A stretch of 64,000 nt of DNA from Gemmatimonadales bacterium (GCA_035574255.1 DATLYZ010000011.1:2080-66079), one strand, 5' to 3'. Numbered from the stretch's first letter, positions 45,325 through 55,967 are shown. A program made the numbers and translations. Notes: a model not told the origin generated them from the letters alone.

Positions 45325-45921
45325 TCACACGCCTACCGGGGTCCCGTGCTCCACTCGGGTGCCGAGCACCTGGAGGAACCTGGCGAGCCAGGCGGGGTGG
45401 GCGGGCCAGGCGGGGGCGGTGACCAGCGTTCCGTCGCTCGTCGCCTGATCCACGGGAACGTCAATCCAGTTGGCCCCCGCCTGTTTGGCCTCCGGGCCGC
45501 AGGCGGGGTAGCCGGTACACTGCTTCCCGCGGAGGACATCCGCCGCCGCGAGGAGCTGGATCCCGTGGCAGATGGCGGCGATCGGCTTGCGCGCGCGATC
45601 GAAGTGCCGGACGATGTCGAGCACCCGCTGGTTCAGGCGGATGTACTCGGGGGCCCGGCCACCCGGGATCACCAGCGCGTCGTAGTCGTCTGCTCGGACC
45701 TCGTCGAAGGTCGCGTTGAGCGTGAACTGGTGCCCCGGTTTCTCGCTGTAGGTCTGATCGCCCTCGAAATCGTGCACCGCGGTCCGGACGGACTGGCCTT
45801 TCTTCTTTCCCGGGCAGACGGCGTGCACGGTGAATCCCACCATCAGCAGTGCCTGAAACGGCACCATGACTTCGTAGTCCTCGACGAAGTCGCCCACGAA
45901 CATGAGAATCTTCCTGGACAT
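45325..45921 (-). CDS. DJ-1/PfpI family protein
   Basis: ATG 45921 with GGAGGAGG upstream. [13 protein letters not shown] and [11 protein letters not shown] (nucleophile elbow Cys). Confidence 0.9.
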   Translation of the reverse strand: MSRKILMFVGDFVEDYEVMVPFQALLMVGFTVHAVCPGKKKGQSVRTAVHDFEGDQTYSEKPGHQFTLNATFDEVRADDYDALVIPGGRAPEYIRLNQRVLDIVRHFDRARKPIAAICHGIQLLAAADVLRGKQCTGYPACGPEAKQAGANWIDVPVDQATSDGTLVTAPAWPAHPAWLARFLQVLGTRVEHGTPVGV

Positions 45922-46157
45922 CCGGCCTCCTCCTGCTTGAGGTCCCGTACCCGACAAGATATCGCCGGCGTTCCGCCGGGTAAGTGGCAGCAGCTCCGGG
46001 CCAGGGATGGGGGTCAAGATCCGGGTACCGGGGGGGGGATAGCTGATGGGCCTCTCGCTCGGCGGGCGCGGCGGGTCGGGCCCGCGCGGCGCTCCCTAGA
46101 GCGAAATCACGGGGCTTCCTCGAACGCGGAGGCCCGGGTCGCCGTTCGGTCTCGGAA

Positions 46158-46230
<73 letters not shown>

Positions 46231-46438
46231 GGTGGGGGGCGGCAATATACAGGGAGAGGTGGACCCGGCGAAAGCCGAGAGGGGTGACCGGGGTGCCGCG
46301 CCAGGGGCGGCCCGCCCCACGCGGCGGGTCCCGGAGCGGAGCGTGGCGGGCCGCGCCACACGCCGCCATGGCCCGCGAGCGCCGACTCGGCGGGTGGATT
46401 CCCTGGCCCTCTCGCCCTCTCCCCACCATCTTCTCCCC

Positions 46439-47083
46439 ATGCCCGAGCCCACCCTCCCCAACCTCGTGCTCCTCGACCACCCGCTGATCCAGCACAAGCT
46501 CACCCTGTTACGCGACCGGCGAACCAGCACCCGCGACTTCAAGCAGCTGGTCAACGAGATCGCCATGCTCATGGCCTACGAGGCGACCAAGGACCTGCCC
46601 ACCGAACCGGTGGAGATCGAGACGCCGCTCGAGCGGATGATCGGGCGGCAGGTGTCCGACAAGAAGCTCACCCTGGTGCCGATCCTCCGGGCGGGGCTCG
46701 GCATGGTGGATGGGATCGCCCAGCTCCTCCCCACGGCCCGGGTCGGGCACATCGGCGTCTTCCGCGACGAGACCTCGCTCCAGCCGGTGCGGTACTACGC
46801 CAAGCTCCCCGCCGAGGAGGGCGAGCGCGACTACTACGTGCTGGATCCCATGCTGGCCACCGGGGGCTCCGCCACGGCCGCCGTCACCACGCTCAAGGAG
46901 GCGGGAGCCCGCCGGATCCGCTTTCTGTGCATCGTGGCCGCGCCACCGGGCGTGCGGCGCATGCTCGAGGGTCACCCCGACGTGCCGGTCTACGCCGCCG
47001 CGCTCGACCGCGCGCTCAACGAGCAGGGCTTCATTCTGCCGGGCCTCGGCGACGCCGGAGACCGGCTCTTCGGCACCGAGTAG
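46439..47083 (+). CDS. upp: uracil phosphoribosyltransferase
   Basis: LLDHPLIQHKLTLLRD, ILRAGLGM, YVLDPMLATGGSA (PRPP loop), ILPGLGDAGDRLFGT. Confidence 0.95.
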   Translation: MPEPTLPNLVLLDHPLIQHKLTLLRDRRTSTRDFKQLVNEIAMLMAYEATKDLPTEPVEIETPLERMIGRQVSDKKLTLVPILRAGLGMVDGIAQLLPTARVGHIGVFRDETSLQPVRYYAKLPAEEGERDYYVLDPMLATGGSATAAVTTLKEAGARRIRFLCIVAAPPGVRRMLEGHPDVPVYAAALDRALNEQGFILPGLGDAGDRLFGTE

Positions 47084-47107
47084 GAGATCGCGGGACCCCG
47101 GAACCCC

Positions 47108-48499
47108 ATGTCCCTCCGCCTCACCTTCTACGGCGCCGCCGGAGAAGTGACCGGCTCGATGCATCTGCTCGAGGCCGCCGGGGCCCGGGTGCTCTTCGAC
47201 GCGGGGCTGTTCCAGGGCCGGCGGGCCGAGACCCGCGCCCGGAACGCCAGCCTGCCGTTCGACCCGCGCCGCATCGATGCCGTCATTCTGAGCCATGCGC
47301 ACATCGATCACGCCGGGCGGCTGCCGCTGCTGGTGAGCCAGGGGTTTCACAACCCCGTGTACGCCACGCCGGCCACCCGCGACCTCTGTGCGGTGATGCT
47401 GCCCGACGCAGCCCACATTCAGGAGAAGGACGCCGAGTTCCTGAAACAGCGCGGGAAGGCGGGCCCCGAGAGCGAGCCGCTCTATACGGTGCGCGATGCG
47501 GTGGCGGTCCAGGAGCTCGTGGTGGGGCTGCCGTACCGCCGGCTCCAGCACCTGCGCAAGCACCTCACGTTCGAGTTTACCGATGCCGGCCACATTCTGG
47601 GGTCGGCTTCGGTGGACCTCCGGGTCACCGAGGGCGTCCCGCATCGCATCGTCTTCTCCGGCGACATCGGCCGTTCGGGGCTGCCGATCATCCGCGACCC
47701 CGATCCGCCGGCCGGCCCGGTGGATACCCTGATCCTCGAGTGTACGTACGCCGACCGGGTCCACGAGTCCCTTGCCGATGCCGAAGCGCGCCTGGGCGAG
47801 CTGGTGCGGGACACCGCAGCCCGGGGTGGCAAGATCCTGGTGCCCGCGTTCGCCCTGGGCCGGACTCAGGAGCTCATCTACGGGCTCCATCGGCTCTTCC
47901 AGGCCGGGCGCATCCCCCGGATCCCGGTGTTCGTGGACAGTCCGCTGGCGGTGGACGCGACCCAGGTGTTCCGGCTTCACCCCGATCTCTTCGACCGCTC
48001 GGAGGGTCTGGTGAGCGGCACGAGCCAGCTCTTCGACTTCCCGCTGGTCCATTACGTGCGGGAGGTGGAAGCATCGAAGCGGCTCAACAGCCTCGCCGGG
48101 CCGGCGGTCGTGATCGCCGCGTCAGGCATGGCCGAGTCGGGGCGTATTCTCCACCATCTGGCCCATGGGGCGGGCGATCATCGGAACCTGGTACTCTTGG
48201 TCTCCTTCCAGGCGGAGCACACGCTGGGCCGCCGGCTCCAGGAGGGCGCGAAGGTGGTGAAAGTCCTGGGGGAGGAGCTGACGGTGCGGGCCCGGATCGA
48301 GACGATCGGCGGCTATTCGGCCCACGCGGACAAGCACGAGCTCCGCGCCTGGATCCGGAAGCTCGGCGGGCCCATCCGCCGGGCGTTCGTCGTCCATGGC
48401 GAGCCCGCAGCGGCCCAGGCGATGGTCCAGATGCTCAAGCAGGAGGCGGTGCGGCAGATCGAGGTCCCGAAGCTGGGGGAGACGTTCGAGCTGGCGTGA
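47108..48499 (+). CDS. MBL-fold beta-CASP family hydrolase (RNA-metabolising type)
   Basis: MSLRLTFYGAAGEVTGS, ILSHAHIDHAGRLP, ILECTYA, GGYSAHAD, VHGEP. Confidence 0.9.
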   Translation: MSLRLTFYGAAGEVTGSMHLLEAAGARVLFDAGLFQGRRAETRARNASLPFDPRRIDAVILSHAHIDHAGRLPLLVSQGFHNPVYATPATRDLCAVMLPDAAHIQEKDAEFLKQRGKAGPESEPLYTVRDAVAVQELVVGLPYRRLQHLRKHLTFEFTDAGHILGSASVDLRVTEGVPHRIVFSGDIGRSGLPIIRDPDPPAGPVDTLILECTYADRVHESLADAEARLGELVRDTAARGGKILVPAFALGRTQELIYGLHRLFQAGRIPRIPVFVDSPLAVDATQVFRLHPDLFDRSEGLVSGTSQLFDFPLVHYVREVEASKRLNSLAGPAVVIAASGMAESGRILHHLAHGAGDHRNLVLLVSFQAEHTLGRRLQEGAKVVKVLGEELTVRARIETIGGYSAHADKHELRAWIRKLGGPIRRAFVVHGEPAAAQAMVQMLKQEAVRQIEVPKLGETFELA

Positions 48500-48539
48500 G
48501 ATCCTCCGCCGAGGTCGCCGAGGCACGCCGCGGGGGCGT

Positions 48540-49163
48540 TCAGCGCGCCCTGCCCTGCGTTTTCCGCGACGCCCTGGCGTAGGTCCTCACCAGCACCACC
48601 GGAATCTTGGCCGCCTCCTTGAGGAGATAGGGCAGCTCGGTCGAAGCGCGGCTCGAGATGGGGCTGCTCCGGGTCGGGGAGGTGTAGGCTTCGATGCCGG
48701 CACGCCGGGCCTCGAGCCGGAGGCGAAGGAGGTGGAATGGATCGCTCACCAGCACGACCCGGGAGCCTCCGTGGTCGCCGAGCCATTCACCCACCGCGGC
48801 AATCGAAGCTTCGGTGGAGCGGCCCTCGGGGCGTACTACGACGGCGGTTTCCGGCACGGCGTGTTCCACGAGATAGGCGCGCCCCACTGTGGCCTCGCTC
48901 ACCCGGTCGCCCTCGCCGATCCCGCCGGTCACGACGATGAGGGGCGCGAGGCCGTCCCGGTAGAGCGCGAGCGCGTGATCCAGCCGGGCCCGGAGCACGG
49001 GGGATGGCTTCCCGTTGTACTGGGCTGCGCCCAGGACCACGATCGCATCGGCGGGCCGGCCCTGGTCCGTTCGGCTCACCAGCACGACCGCCGCGAGCGA
49101 GAGCAGATAGACCAGCGCGAGCCCCGCCAGCACCGCGAGCACCCAACGAGCCCGAAGGGACAC
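48540..49163 (-). CDS. YdcF/ElyC-like DUF218 protein
   Basis: N-terminal TM helix. IVVLGAAQYNGKPSPVLRARLDHALALY, IVVTGG, STEASI, LVSDPFHLLR. Confidence 0.8.
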   Translation of the reverse strand: MSLRARWVLAVLAGLALVYLLSLAAVVLVSRTDQGRPADAIVVLGAAQYNGKPSPVLRARLDHALALYRDGLAPLIVVTGGIGEGDRVSEATVGRAYLVEHAVPETAVVVRPEGRSTEASIAAVGEWLGDHGGSRVVLVSDPFHLLRLRLEARRAGIEAYTSPTRSSPISSRASTELPYLLKEAAKIPVVLVRTYARASRKTQGRAR

Positions 49164-49264
49164 GGAAGGAAAGATAAGGCCGGCGTGTCGCCGGCCGGCC
49201 GGCGGCGGCGCCGCCCTGTCCGGGCCCTTCCGCGCCGCCCTTGCCGGGCTCGGATCTGCGCTCC

Positions 49265-49819
49265 ATGTTGACCCCCATGGCGCTCATCTCGTCGGACCGG
49301 CGTTACCAGGGGCGGGTGATCAACCTCGACGTCGAGACGGTGGGCTTCCCGGACGGCTCCACCGGGCAGCTCGAGATGGTGCGGCACCCCGGGGCGTCCG
49401 CGGTCCTGCCATTCCTCAGCGATCCACCGGGTCCCGACCCGCGGGTTCTCCTGATCCGCCAGTTCCGTCACGCGGCGGACGGGTACATCTGGGAGATTCC
49501 CGCGGGACGGCTCGACCCGGGCGAGACCCCCGAGGCGTGCGCCCGGCGCGAGCTGGCGGAGGAAACCGGCCGTACCGCGGCCCGGCTCGAGCCGCTCACC
49601 ACGATCTTCACCACCCCCGGGTTCACCGACGAACGCATCCATCTCTTCCTGGCAACCGGATTGGAGGAGGGGGACCACCGGCGTGAGGGGGACGAGTTCC
49701 TGGAGGTGCACGAACTCGCCTGGCCGGATGTCCTGCGGATGGTGGGCCGGGGTGAGATTCTGGACGCCAAGACGCTGGTCGCGATTCTCTATGTCGCGAC
49801 CTTTGTCACGGGGAGGTAG
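49265..49819 (+). CDS. NUDIX hydrolase (ADP-ribose pyrophosphatase-like)
   Basis: Nudix box GRLDPGETPEACARRELAEETG. Start uncertain: ATG 49265 or ATG 49277. Confidence 0.85.
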   Translation: MLTPMALISSDRRYQGRVINLDVETVGFPDGSTGQLEMVRHPGASAVLPFLSDPPGPDPRVLLIRQFRHAADGYIWEIPAGRLDPGETPEACARRELAEETGRTAARLEPLTTIFTTPGFTDERIHLFLATGLEEGDHRREGDEFLEVHELAWPDVLRMVGRGEILDAKTLVAILYVATFVTGR

Positions 49820-49827
49820 GCGCGGGC

Positions 49828-50466
49828 ATGGCGGCGTTGTTCAGGTTCTTCCGGACGGCGCTGGGAGAGCGGGTCCACCCGCCCGGTCCCAACGCACCCG
49901 ATATCAACGCGCTGATCGACGCCCACCTCCGCGGCGACCCCGCGGCGTTCGCGCAGATCGTGGCCCGCTACCAGGTCCGGCTCCTCAATTTCGTCTACCG
50001 GATGATCGGCGACCGGGAACGGGCGGAGGATCTGGTGCAGGAGGCGTTCCTCCGGGTCCACCGCCACCTCGACCGCTTCGATCGCGGCCGGAAGTTCTCC
50101 ACCTGGCTGTACACCATCGCGAGCAACCTGGCCAAGAACGAGCTGCGCACCCGAAGCCGCTCGCCGCTCGTGCCCCTGGGCCAGCTCCTCGCGGACGCGG
50201 GCCGGGACGGCCTCCCCCCCGACTTCGAGGACCCGGCCGGCCGCCCCGACGACCGGTACGAGGAGCGCCAGCTCCGGGAGCTGGTGCAGCGGACGGTGGC
50301 CCGCCTGGCGCACCACCATCGGGAGGTGTTCGTGCTCCGGGAGCTGGAGGGCAAGACCTACGAGGAAATCGCGGAGATCATGCATTGCAACCTGGGCACG
50401 GTGAAGAGCCGGCTCAACCGGGCCCGCCAGAGCTTCGCCGAGCTCATCGCCCCTCACCTGCAATGA
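49828..50466 (+). CDS. ECF-type RNA polymerase sigma factor
   Basis: Region 2 DRERAEDLVQEAFLRVHRHLDRFD...FSTWLYTIASNLAKN. Region 4 REVFVLRELEGKTYEEIAEIMHCNLGTVKSRLNRAR. Confidence 0.9.
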   Translation: MAALFRFFRTALGERVHPPGPNAPDINALIDAHLRGDPAAFAQIVARYQVRLLNFVYRMIGDRERAEDLVQEAFLRVHRHLDRFDRGRKFSTWLYTIASNLAKNELRTRSRSPLVPLGQLLADAGRDGLPPDFEDPAGRPDDRYEERQLRELVQRTVARLAHHHREVFVLRELEGKTYEEIAEIMHCNLGTVKSRLNRARQSFAELIAPHLQ

Positions 50467-50515
50467 CCCCCGGGCCTTCGGGAACCTTGAACCGATTCGA
50501 TGGTATACAACGGCA

Positions 50516-50929
50516 ATGACGTGCGCTGAATTCCGCCGCCGCTACTCCGCCTACCGGGACGGCACCGACCCGGTGCTGGCGGCCGAGATGGACGATCACA
50601 TGGAAGTCTGCCCTGCCTGTGCCGGGTATGACCGGGCGGTGCGGGAGGGCGTCGAGGCCCTCCGGCACGCCGTGGTCCTCCCGTCACCCGACTTCGCCCA
50701 GCGGCTGGCCCACCGGATCGCCACCGCCGAGCAAGTCCCGGAGCCGGTGCCGCCGCGCGTCTCACCGCTCATGGCCACCGCCGCCGCGCTCCTCCTGGCC
50801 TCGCTCGCGGCCCTCACGGTGAAGGACTCGCTGCTGCTCCCCCCGCAAGCCGCGGCGGAACAGGCCCTGGTGGTGGCCAAGCCCCGCCTTCTCGCTTCAC
50901 CGCCCTTCGTCACGTTCGAGCGCGACTGA
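50516..50929 (+). CDS. anti-sigma factor (zf-HC2 type), single-pass membrane protein
   Basis: H-x3-C-x2-C motif in DDHMEVCPACAG. One TM helix (LMATAAALLLASLAAL). Sits directly after the ECF sigma gene. Confidence 0.75.
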   Translation: MTCAEFRRRYSAYRDGTDPVLAAEMDDHMEVCPACAGYDRAVREGVEALRHAVVLPSPDFAQRLAHRIATAEQVPEPVPPRVSPLMATAAALLLASLAALTVKDSLLLPPQAAAEQALVVAKPRLLASPPFVTFERD

Positions 50930-50984
50930 CGCCGCTCGGGCCCGAGCCCCTCGAGGTCGGGCGCCCCCGATCTATATTCCCCGC

Positions 50985-52079
50985 ATGCCCCGCCGGTCCT
51001 ACGACGAGGCGCTCCGCTCCCTGGCCAAGGGCGAGCCGGCGCCGGTCTACTACCTGTACGGCACCGAAGCGGTGCTCCAGGACGAGCTGGTGCGCGCCAT
51101 CATCGAGCGCGCCCTTCCGCCGGCGGAGCGGGACCTGAATCTGGATCAGCGCGACGCCGCGGCACTCGACCCCGAGGCGCTGCACGCGCTGGTCAACACG
51201 CTGCCGATGCTCGCCGCCCGGCGGGTCGTCGTCCTTCGAGGGGTCGCAGCCTGGAAGCGGAAACCAGCGCTCCGGACCGAGCTGCTCCGGTACCTCGACC
51301 GCCCCGCGCCCGAGACGATCCTGGTGCTGCTCGCCGGCGACGAGGAGCCCGACCAGGACATCGCCGCCCGCGCGGTGGCGGTGCAGGCCGAACCGCTCGA
51401 GCCGGCCCGGGTTATCCGCTGGATCGGCTATCACGCCGGGCGCCATGGAATGCGCCTCGCCCCCGAGGCGGCCGAACATCTGGCCCGGCTCACCGGCTAC
51501 GATCTGGGCGCGCTCCGCACCGAGATCGAGAAGCTGAGCGGGCTCGCGGAGGGGACCCCGATCACGAGCGAGCGCGTGAGCGAGCTCGTCGGGGTCCGGC
51601 ACGGCGAGACCCTGGAGGACTGGTGCCACGCCGTGCTGGCCGACGAGACGGCCCGGGCGCTCCGGCTGATGCCGGCGGTGCTCGACCAGGCCGGGATGTC
51701 GGGCGTCCGGATGGTCGCCGCCTTGGGCGCCGCGCTCCTCGGCGTGCAACTGGCCCGAGGCCACTACGATCGGGGCGTTCGCGGTGGTGGGCTCGAACGC
51801 CTGGTCTTCGACCGGATCCGGCAGCTGCGGCTCTGGGGCCTCGGCGACTGGAGAACCACCGCGCGGAACTGGGCCCGCTGGGCCCAGACCTGGCCTCTGG
51901 GACGGCTCCGCGCGGCACTCGGCGCGGCGCTGGAGGCTGACCGGGCCCTGAAGGGAGCGCGCATTTCCGGCGACGCCGCCATCCTCTCGGACCTCGTGCT
52001 TCGGCTGGCAGAGCCGGGCGGAGCAGCCCCGCGGGCGGGCCGTTCCTCCGGCCTGGCGGCAACGCCGGCGAGGGGTTGA
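50985..52079 (+). CDS. holA: DNA polymerase III subunit delta
   Basis: N-terminus LAKGEPAPVYYLYGTEAVLQDELVRAI with length and helical C-terminus typical of HolA. The call rests on overall pattern only. Confidence 0.75.
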   Translation: MPRRSYDEALRSLAKGEPAPVYYLYGTEAVLQDELVRAIIERALPPAERDLNLDQRDAAALDPEALHALVNTLPMLAARRVVVLRGVAAWKRKPALRTELLRYLDRPAPETILVLLAGDEEPDQDIAARAVAVQAEPLEPARVIRWIGYHAGRHGMRLAPEAAEHLARLTGYDLGALRTEIEKLSGLAEGTPITSERVSELVGVRHGETLEDWCHAVLADETARALRLMPAVLDQAGMSGVRMVAALGAALLGVQLARGHYDRGVRGGGLERLVFDRIRQLRLWGLGDWRTTARNWARWAQTWPLGRLRAALGAALEADRALKGARISGDAAILSDLVLRLAEPGGAAPRAGRSSGLAATPARG

Positions 52080-52954
52080 TGGTCATGCGGCTCACCCGTT
52101 CGTGGCGCCGGACCCTGATGGCCCTGGCCGGTATCGCGCTAGGCCCGGGCCGGGCCGCCGCGCAGGACGATCCCCGGCTCCTGGACGCCGTGCGCCTGGC
52201 GCAGGAGGGCCGGAGCGATTCGGCACGCGCCGTGGTCGGCGTGATCCTCGCGGCCACCGCTCCTTCCGACAGCCTCTATCCCCAGGTGCTCTACACCCAG
52301 GGGATCCTGGCCCGGAGTACCGAGGAGCGACGCCGGTTCCTGAGCCGCATCGCCGTGGAGTACGCGCTTTCCCCCTGGGCCGACGACGCGCTGCTCCAGC
52401 TCGCCATGCTCGACTACGGCGCCGGCAACCCGGCGGGCGCCGCGCGGTACGTGGAGCGGATCCGGTCTGACTACCCGGACTCGCCGCTCGTGCCCCTCGC
52501 GGCATACTGGGCCGCCCGGTCCTATTTCGACATCCGGCGGCCCGCCGATGCCTGCCGCTGGCTCGCGGACGGCCTGGCCCGCGTGGGCGACGATCTCGAG
52601 ACGCGAAACCAGCTTTCGTGGCTCCAGGGGCGTTGTACCGCCCCTCCGGCACGCGACAGCACCCGGCCGGACACAGTCAAGACGCCGCCGGCCCAGGCCG
52701 CCCAGCCGCCCGGTGCAACGCCGCCGGCCAGGACCGGGTTTGCAGTGCAGGCCGGAGCGGTGAATACTCAGGCCGCGGCGGACAAGCTCGTGGCAGACCT
52801 CAAGACTGCCGGGTTCGCCGCCTACGTGGTGCGGCAAGCCAACCTGTTCAAGGTGCGGGTCGGACCCTACCCCGATCGCGCCCAGGCGCAGACCGCCTTG
52901 CCCGCGGTGCGCCGGGCGATGGGCGGCTCGCCCTTCGTGGTGAAGGAACCGTGA
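52079..52954 (+). CDS. TPR-like / SPOR domain protein
   Basis: Start overlaps the holA stop (TGATG). Signal-like N-terminus. C-terminal SPOR domain FAVQAGAVNTQAAADKLVADLKTAGFAAYVVRQANLFKVRVGPYPDRAQAQ. Confidence 0.8.
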   Translation: MVMRLTRSWRRTLMALAGIALGPGRAAAQDDPRLLDAVRLAQEGRSDSARAVVGVILAATAPSDSLYPQVLYTQGILARSTEERRRFLSRIAVEYALSPWADDALLQLAMLDYGAGNPAGAARYVERIRSDYPDSPLVPLAAYWAARSYFDIRRPADACRWLADGLARVGDDLETRNQLSWLQGRCTAPPARDSTRPDTVKTPPAQAAQPPGATPPARTGFAVQAGAVNTQAAADKLVADLKTAGFAAYVVRQANLFKVRVGPYPDRAQAQTALPAVRRAMGGSPFVVKEP

Positions 52955-55548
52955 CCGGGCGCGTGGCCGACCCCAGCAACACCCCGCTCATGCAGCAATA
53001 CCGGGAGATCAAGTCCCGCCACCGGGACAAGATCCTCTTCTTCCGCATGGGCGACTTCTACGAAATGTTCTACGAGGACGCCCACCTGGCGTCGAGGCTC
53101 CTCGGCATCACCCTGACGTCGCGGGGCGACGGGGTGCCCCTGGCGGGGGTACCGGTCAAGGCGGCGGCCGACTATCTCCGCCAGCTCATCGCGGCGGGGC
53201 ACCGGGTCGCGATCTGCGAGCAGGTGGAAGATCCCAAGCTGGCCAAGGGGCTGGTGCGCCGCGAAGTCGTGGAGACCGTGACCCCCGGTGCCACGCTCGA
53301 GGAGAGCTGCCTGGCGGGCAACCGCAACAACTTCCTCGTCGCGGCGAGTGCCCCCGCGGGAGAGCCTGGCCGCGAACGGGCCGGTCTCGCAGCCATTGAC
53401 CTGTCCACCGGCGAATTCCTGCTCGAGACCGTGGAGCGGGACGAGCTCTTCGAGGCGATCGCGCGGTTCGACCCCGCGGAGGTGGTCATCCCCGCCGACG
53501 CACGCCTCCCGCTCGGCGACAGGGTGCTCCCCGCCCCCCGCGAGCCGTGGGAGTTCGACCCCGACCTGGCCCGCACCGAGCTGGCCCGCCGATTCGCCGT
53601 GGCCTCGCTGGACGGCCTGGGGATCGGCCCGGAGGACGCCCCCGCTGTGGGGGCGGCCGGAGCGCTGCTGCGCTACCTGGTCGAGCTCCAGCCCTCGGGC
53701 GTCCCCCATCTGCGCCGACCGGCGGTGCGCCGCTCGGCGCGGCATCTGTGGCTGGACGAGATGACCCGCCGCAATCTCGAGCTGGTGGAGCCGCTCCGCG
53801 CCGGCGCCCGGGGGACGACCCTGCTCGAGGCGCTGGACCTCACGATGACGCCCCCGGGGGCCCGGCTGCTCCGGCGCTGGCTGCTCTCGCCGCTTCGCGA
53901 CCCGGCCGCGATCAACCGCCGCCTCGATGCGGTCGAGGTGCTCGCCCAGGACCATCGGGCCCGGGCCCGGATTCGTGAGGCGCTGGACGGGGTACGGGAC
54001 GTCGAGCGCCTGGCGGGCCGGGCCGCCGCGGGGCGGGCCACCCCGCGCGAGCTCGGCTCGCTCCGCGATTCCCTGGCCCGGCTTCCCGACGTGCTCGAGG
54101 CGCTCGCGAGCCTGACGAACCGCGAGCGGAGCGCGGCGCTCGGGGAGGTGGCCGAAGAATTCGACGTGCTGGCGGACCTGGCCGGGGAGCTCCGCCGGGG
54201 CCTCACCGACCGGCCACCGCCCGCGCTCGCGGACGGCGACGTGATTCGGCCCGGTTTCGACCCGGAGCTGGACGAGCTCCGGGACCTTCGGGACGGTGGC
54301 AAGCGGTACATCGCGACACTCCAGGAGCGGGAGCGCGCCCGCACCGGGATCCCGTCGCTCAAGGTGGGCTACAACAAGGTCTTCGGCTACTACATCGAGG
54401 TCACCAACGCCCACGCCGGCAAGGTGCCGCCGGATTACGAGCGGCGCCAGACCCTGACCGGCGCGGAGCGCTATGTCACGCCCGAGCTCAAGCAGTACGA
54501 AGCCAGGGTGCTGAGCGCGGAGGAACGGATCGGATCGCGCGAGGCCGAGCTGTTTGGCGGGCTCCGGAACCTGGTCGCACGGGCCACACCGCGGATCCAG
54601 CGCACGGCCCAGGCGCTGGCCCGGCTCGACGTCTGGGCCGCACTGGCCGAGACGGCGGTGCAGCACCGCTACGTGCGCCCGGTGGTCCACGAGGGCTTCT
54701 CCCTGGTGCTCCGCCAGAGCCGGCACCCGGTGCTCGAACGGCTCATGCCGCGAGAAGCGTTCATTCCCAACGATGTCCGGTTCGAGCCGGCGGAGCGGGT
54801 GTTGCTGGTCACGGGCCCCAACATGGCGGGCAAGTCCACCATCTTGCGGCAGATCGGGCTGTGCGTGCTCCTGGCCCAGATGGGCTCGTTCGTCCCCGCC
54901 GAAACGGCGGAGATCGGCGTGGTGGATCGGCTCTTCACCCGGGTCGGGGCCAGCGACAACCTCGCGGGCGGGCAGTCCACCTTCATGGTGGAGATGAGCG
55001 AGACCAGTGCCATCCTGCACAACGCCACCCGGCAGTCGCTGGTCCTGCTGGACGAGATCGGCCGGGGGACGTCCACCTATGACGGGGTGGCGATCGCGTG
55101 GGCGGTGACGGAGTACCTCCATGACCGGGTGGGCTGCCGCACCATGTTCGCGACCCACTACCACGAGCTGATGCAGCTCCCCGAGCAATTGGCCCATGCC
55201 CGGAACCTGAACGTCGCGGTCCGCGAATCGGGCGACCAGGTGATCTTCCTCCACCGGCTGGAGCCCGGGGGCACCGATCGCTCGTATGGGATTCACGTGG
55301 CGCAGCTCGCGGGGCTGCCGGCGCCGGTGGTCCGCCGCGCGACGGAGATCTTGCGCCTGCTGGAGGGAGAACACCGCGTCGTACCCGGGGCGGCGCCCCA
55401 GTCCGACCCGGGCCAGCTCGCGCTCTTCCGCGAGCCGGACCGGACCCATCCCGTGGTCGAGGAGTTGCGAGCGATGGACCTCGACACTCTGACCCCGCTC
55501 GAGGCGCTGAACCGCCTGGCCGAGCTCAAGCGGAGGACGGGGCCATGA
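52951..55548 (+). CDS. mutS: DNA mismatch repair protein MutS
   Basis: GTGA overlap with the upstream stop. TPLMQQYREIKSRHRDKILFFRMGDFYEMFYEDA, Walker A TGPNMAGKST, LLDEIGRGTSTYDG, FATHYHEL. Confidence 0.97.
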   Translation: MTGRVADPSNTPLMQQYREIKSRHRDKILFFRMGDFYEMFYEDAHLASRLLGITLTSRGDGVPLAGVPVKAAADYLRQLIAAGHRVAICEQVEDPKLAKGLVRREVVETVTPGATLEESCLAGNRNNFLVAASAPAGEPGRERAGLAAIDLSTGEFLLETVERDELFEAIARFDPAEVVIPADARLPLGDRVLPAPREPWEFDPDLARTELARRFAVASLDGLGIGPEDAPAVGAAGALLRYLVELQPSGVPHLRRPAVRRSARHLWLDEMTRRNLELVEPLRAGARGTTLLEALDLTMTPPGARLLRRWLLSPLRDPAAINRRLDAVEVLAQDHRARARIREALDGVRDVERLAGRAAAGRATPRELGSLRDSLARLPDVLEALASLTNRERSAALGEVAEEFDVLADLAGELRRGLTDRPPPALADGDVIRPGFDPELDELRDLRDGGKRYIATLQERERARTGIPSLKVGYNKVFGYYIEVTNAHAGKVPPDYERRQTLTGAERYVTPELKQYEARVLSAEERIGSREAELFGGLRNLVARATPRIQRTAQALARLDVWAALAETAVQHRYVRPVVHEGFSLVLRQSRHPVLERLMPREAFIPNDVRFEPAERVLLVTGPNMAGKSTILRQIGLCVLLAQMGSFVPAETAEIGVVDRLFTRVGASDNLAGGQSTFMVEMSETSAILHNATRQSLVLLDEIGRGTSTYDGVAIAWAVTEYLHDRVGCRTMFATHYHELMQLPEQLAHARNLNVAVRESGDQVIFLHRLEPGGTDRSYGIHVAQLAGLPAPVVRRATEILRLLEGEHRVVPGAAPQSDPGQLALFREPDRTHPVVEELRAMDLDTLTPLEALNRLAELKRRTGP

Positions 55549-55967
55549 CCCGGACCCGGGCGCCTGCCCACCTGGGAGCCCTGGGCGCGGCGCTGCTGCT
55601 CGCCGGGTGCTCCCGGCAGGACGCCGACACGATGCGGCTCCCGGCCGAGATGCCGGCCCCGAGGGGCATCGAGCCGCCCGTCATGGTGAATCCGGAATCG
55701 CCGGTGGACTACCCACCGGTGCTCTACGCCCAGGGCATCGAAGGGAAGGTGGTCCTCCGGCTCTTCGTGACCGAATCGGGGACCCTCGTGGCCGATTCGA
55801 CCCGGGTGGCGGAATCGAGCGGCTATCCGGCGCTCGATTCCGCGGCCCTCCGGGCCGCGCCCCGGTTCCGGTTCGTCCCGGCCCGCCGGAACGGCACGCC
55901 GGTCGCCGCGCTGTTCCTGCAACCGGTACATTTCCGACACCCGCAGGCTGGAGGCACCACCCCGTGA
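55545..55967 (+). CDS. TonB C-terminal domain lipoprotein
   Basis: ATGA overlap with the mutS stop. Lipobox LLLAGC. YPPVLYAQGIEGKVVLRLFV...GYPALDSAALRAAPRFRFVPARRNG. Confidence 0.75.
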   Translation: MTRTRAPAHLGALGAALLLAGCSRQDADTMRLPAEMPAPRGIEPPVMVNPESPVDYPPVLYAQGIEGKVVLRLFVTESGTLVADSTRVAESSGYPALDSAALRAAPRFRFVPARRNGTPVAALFLQPVHFRHPQAGGTTP

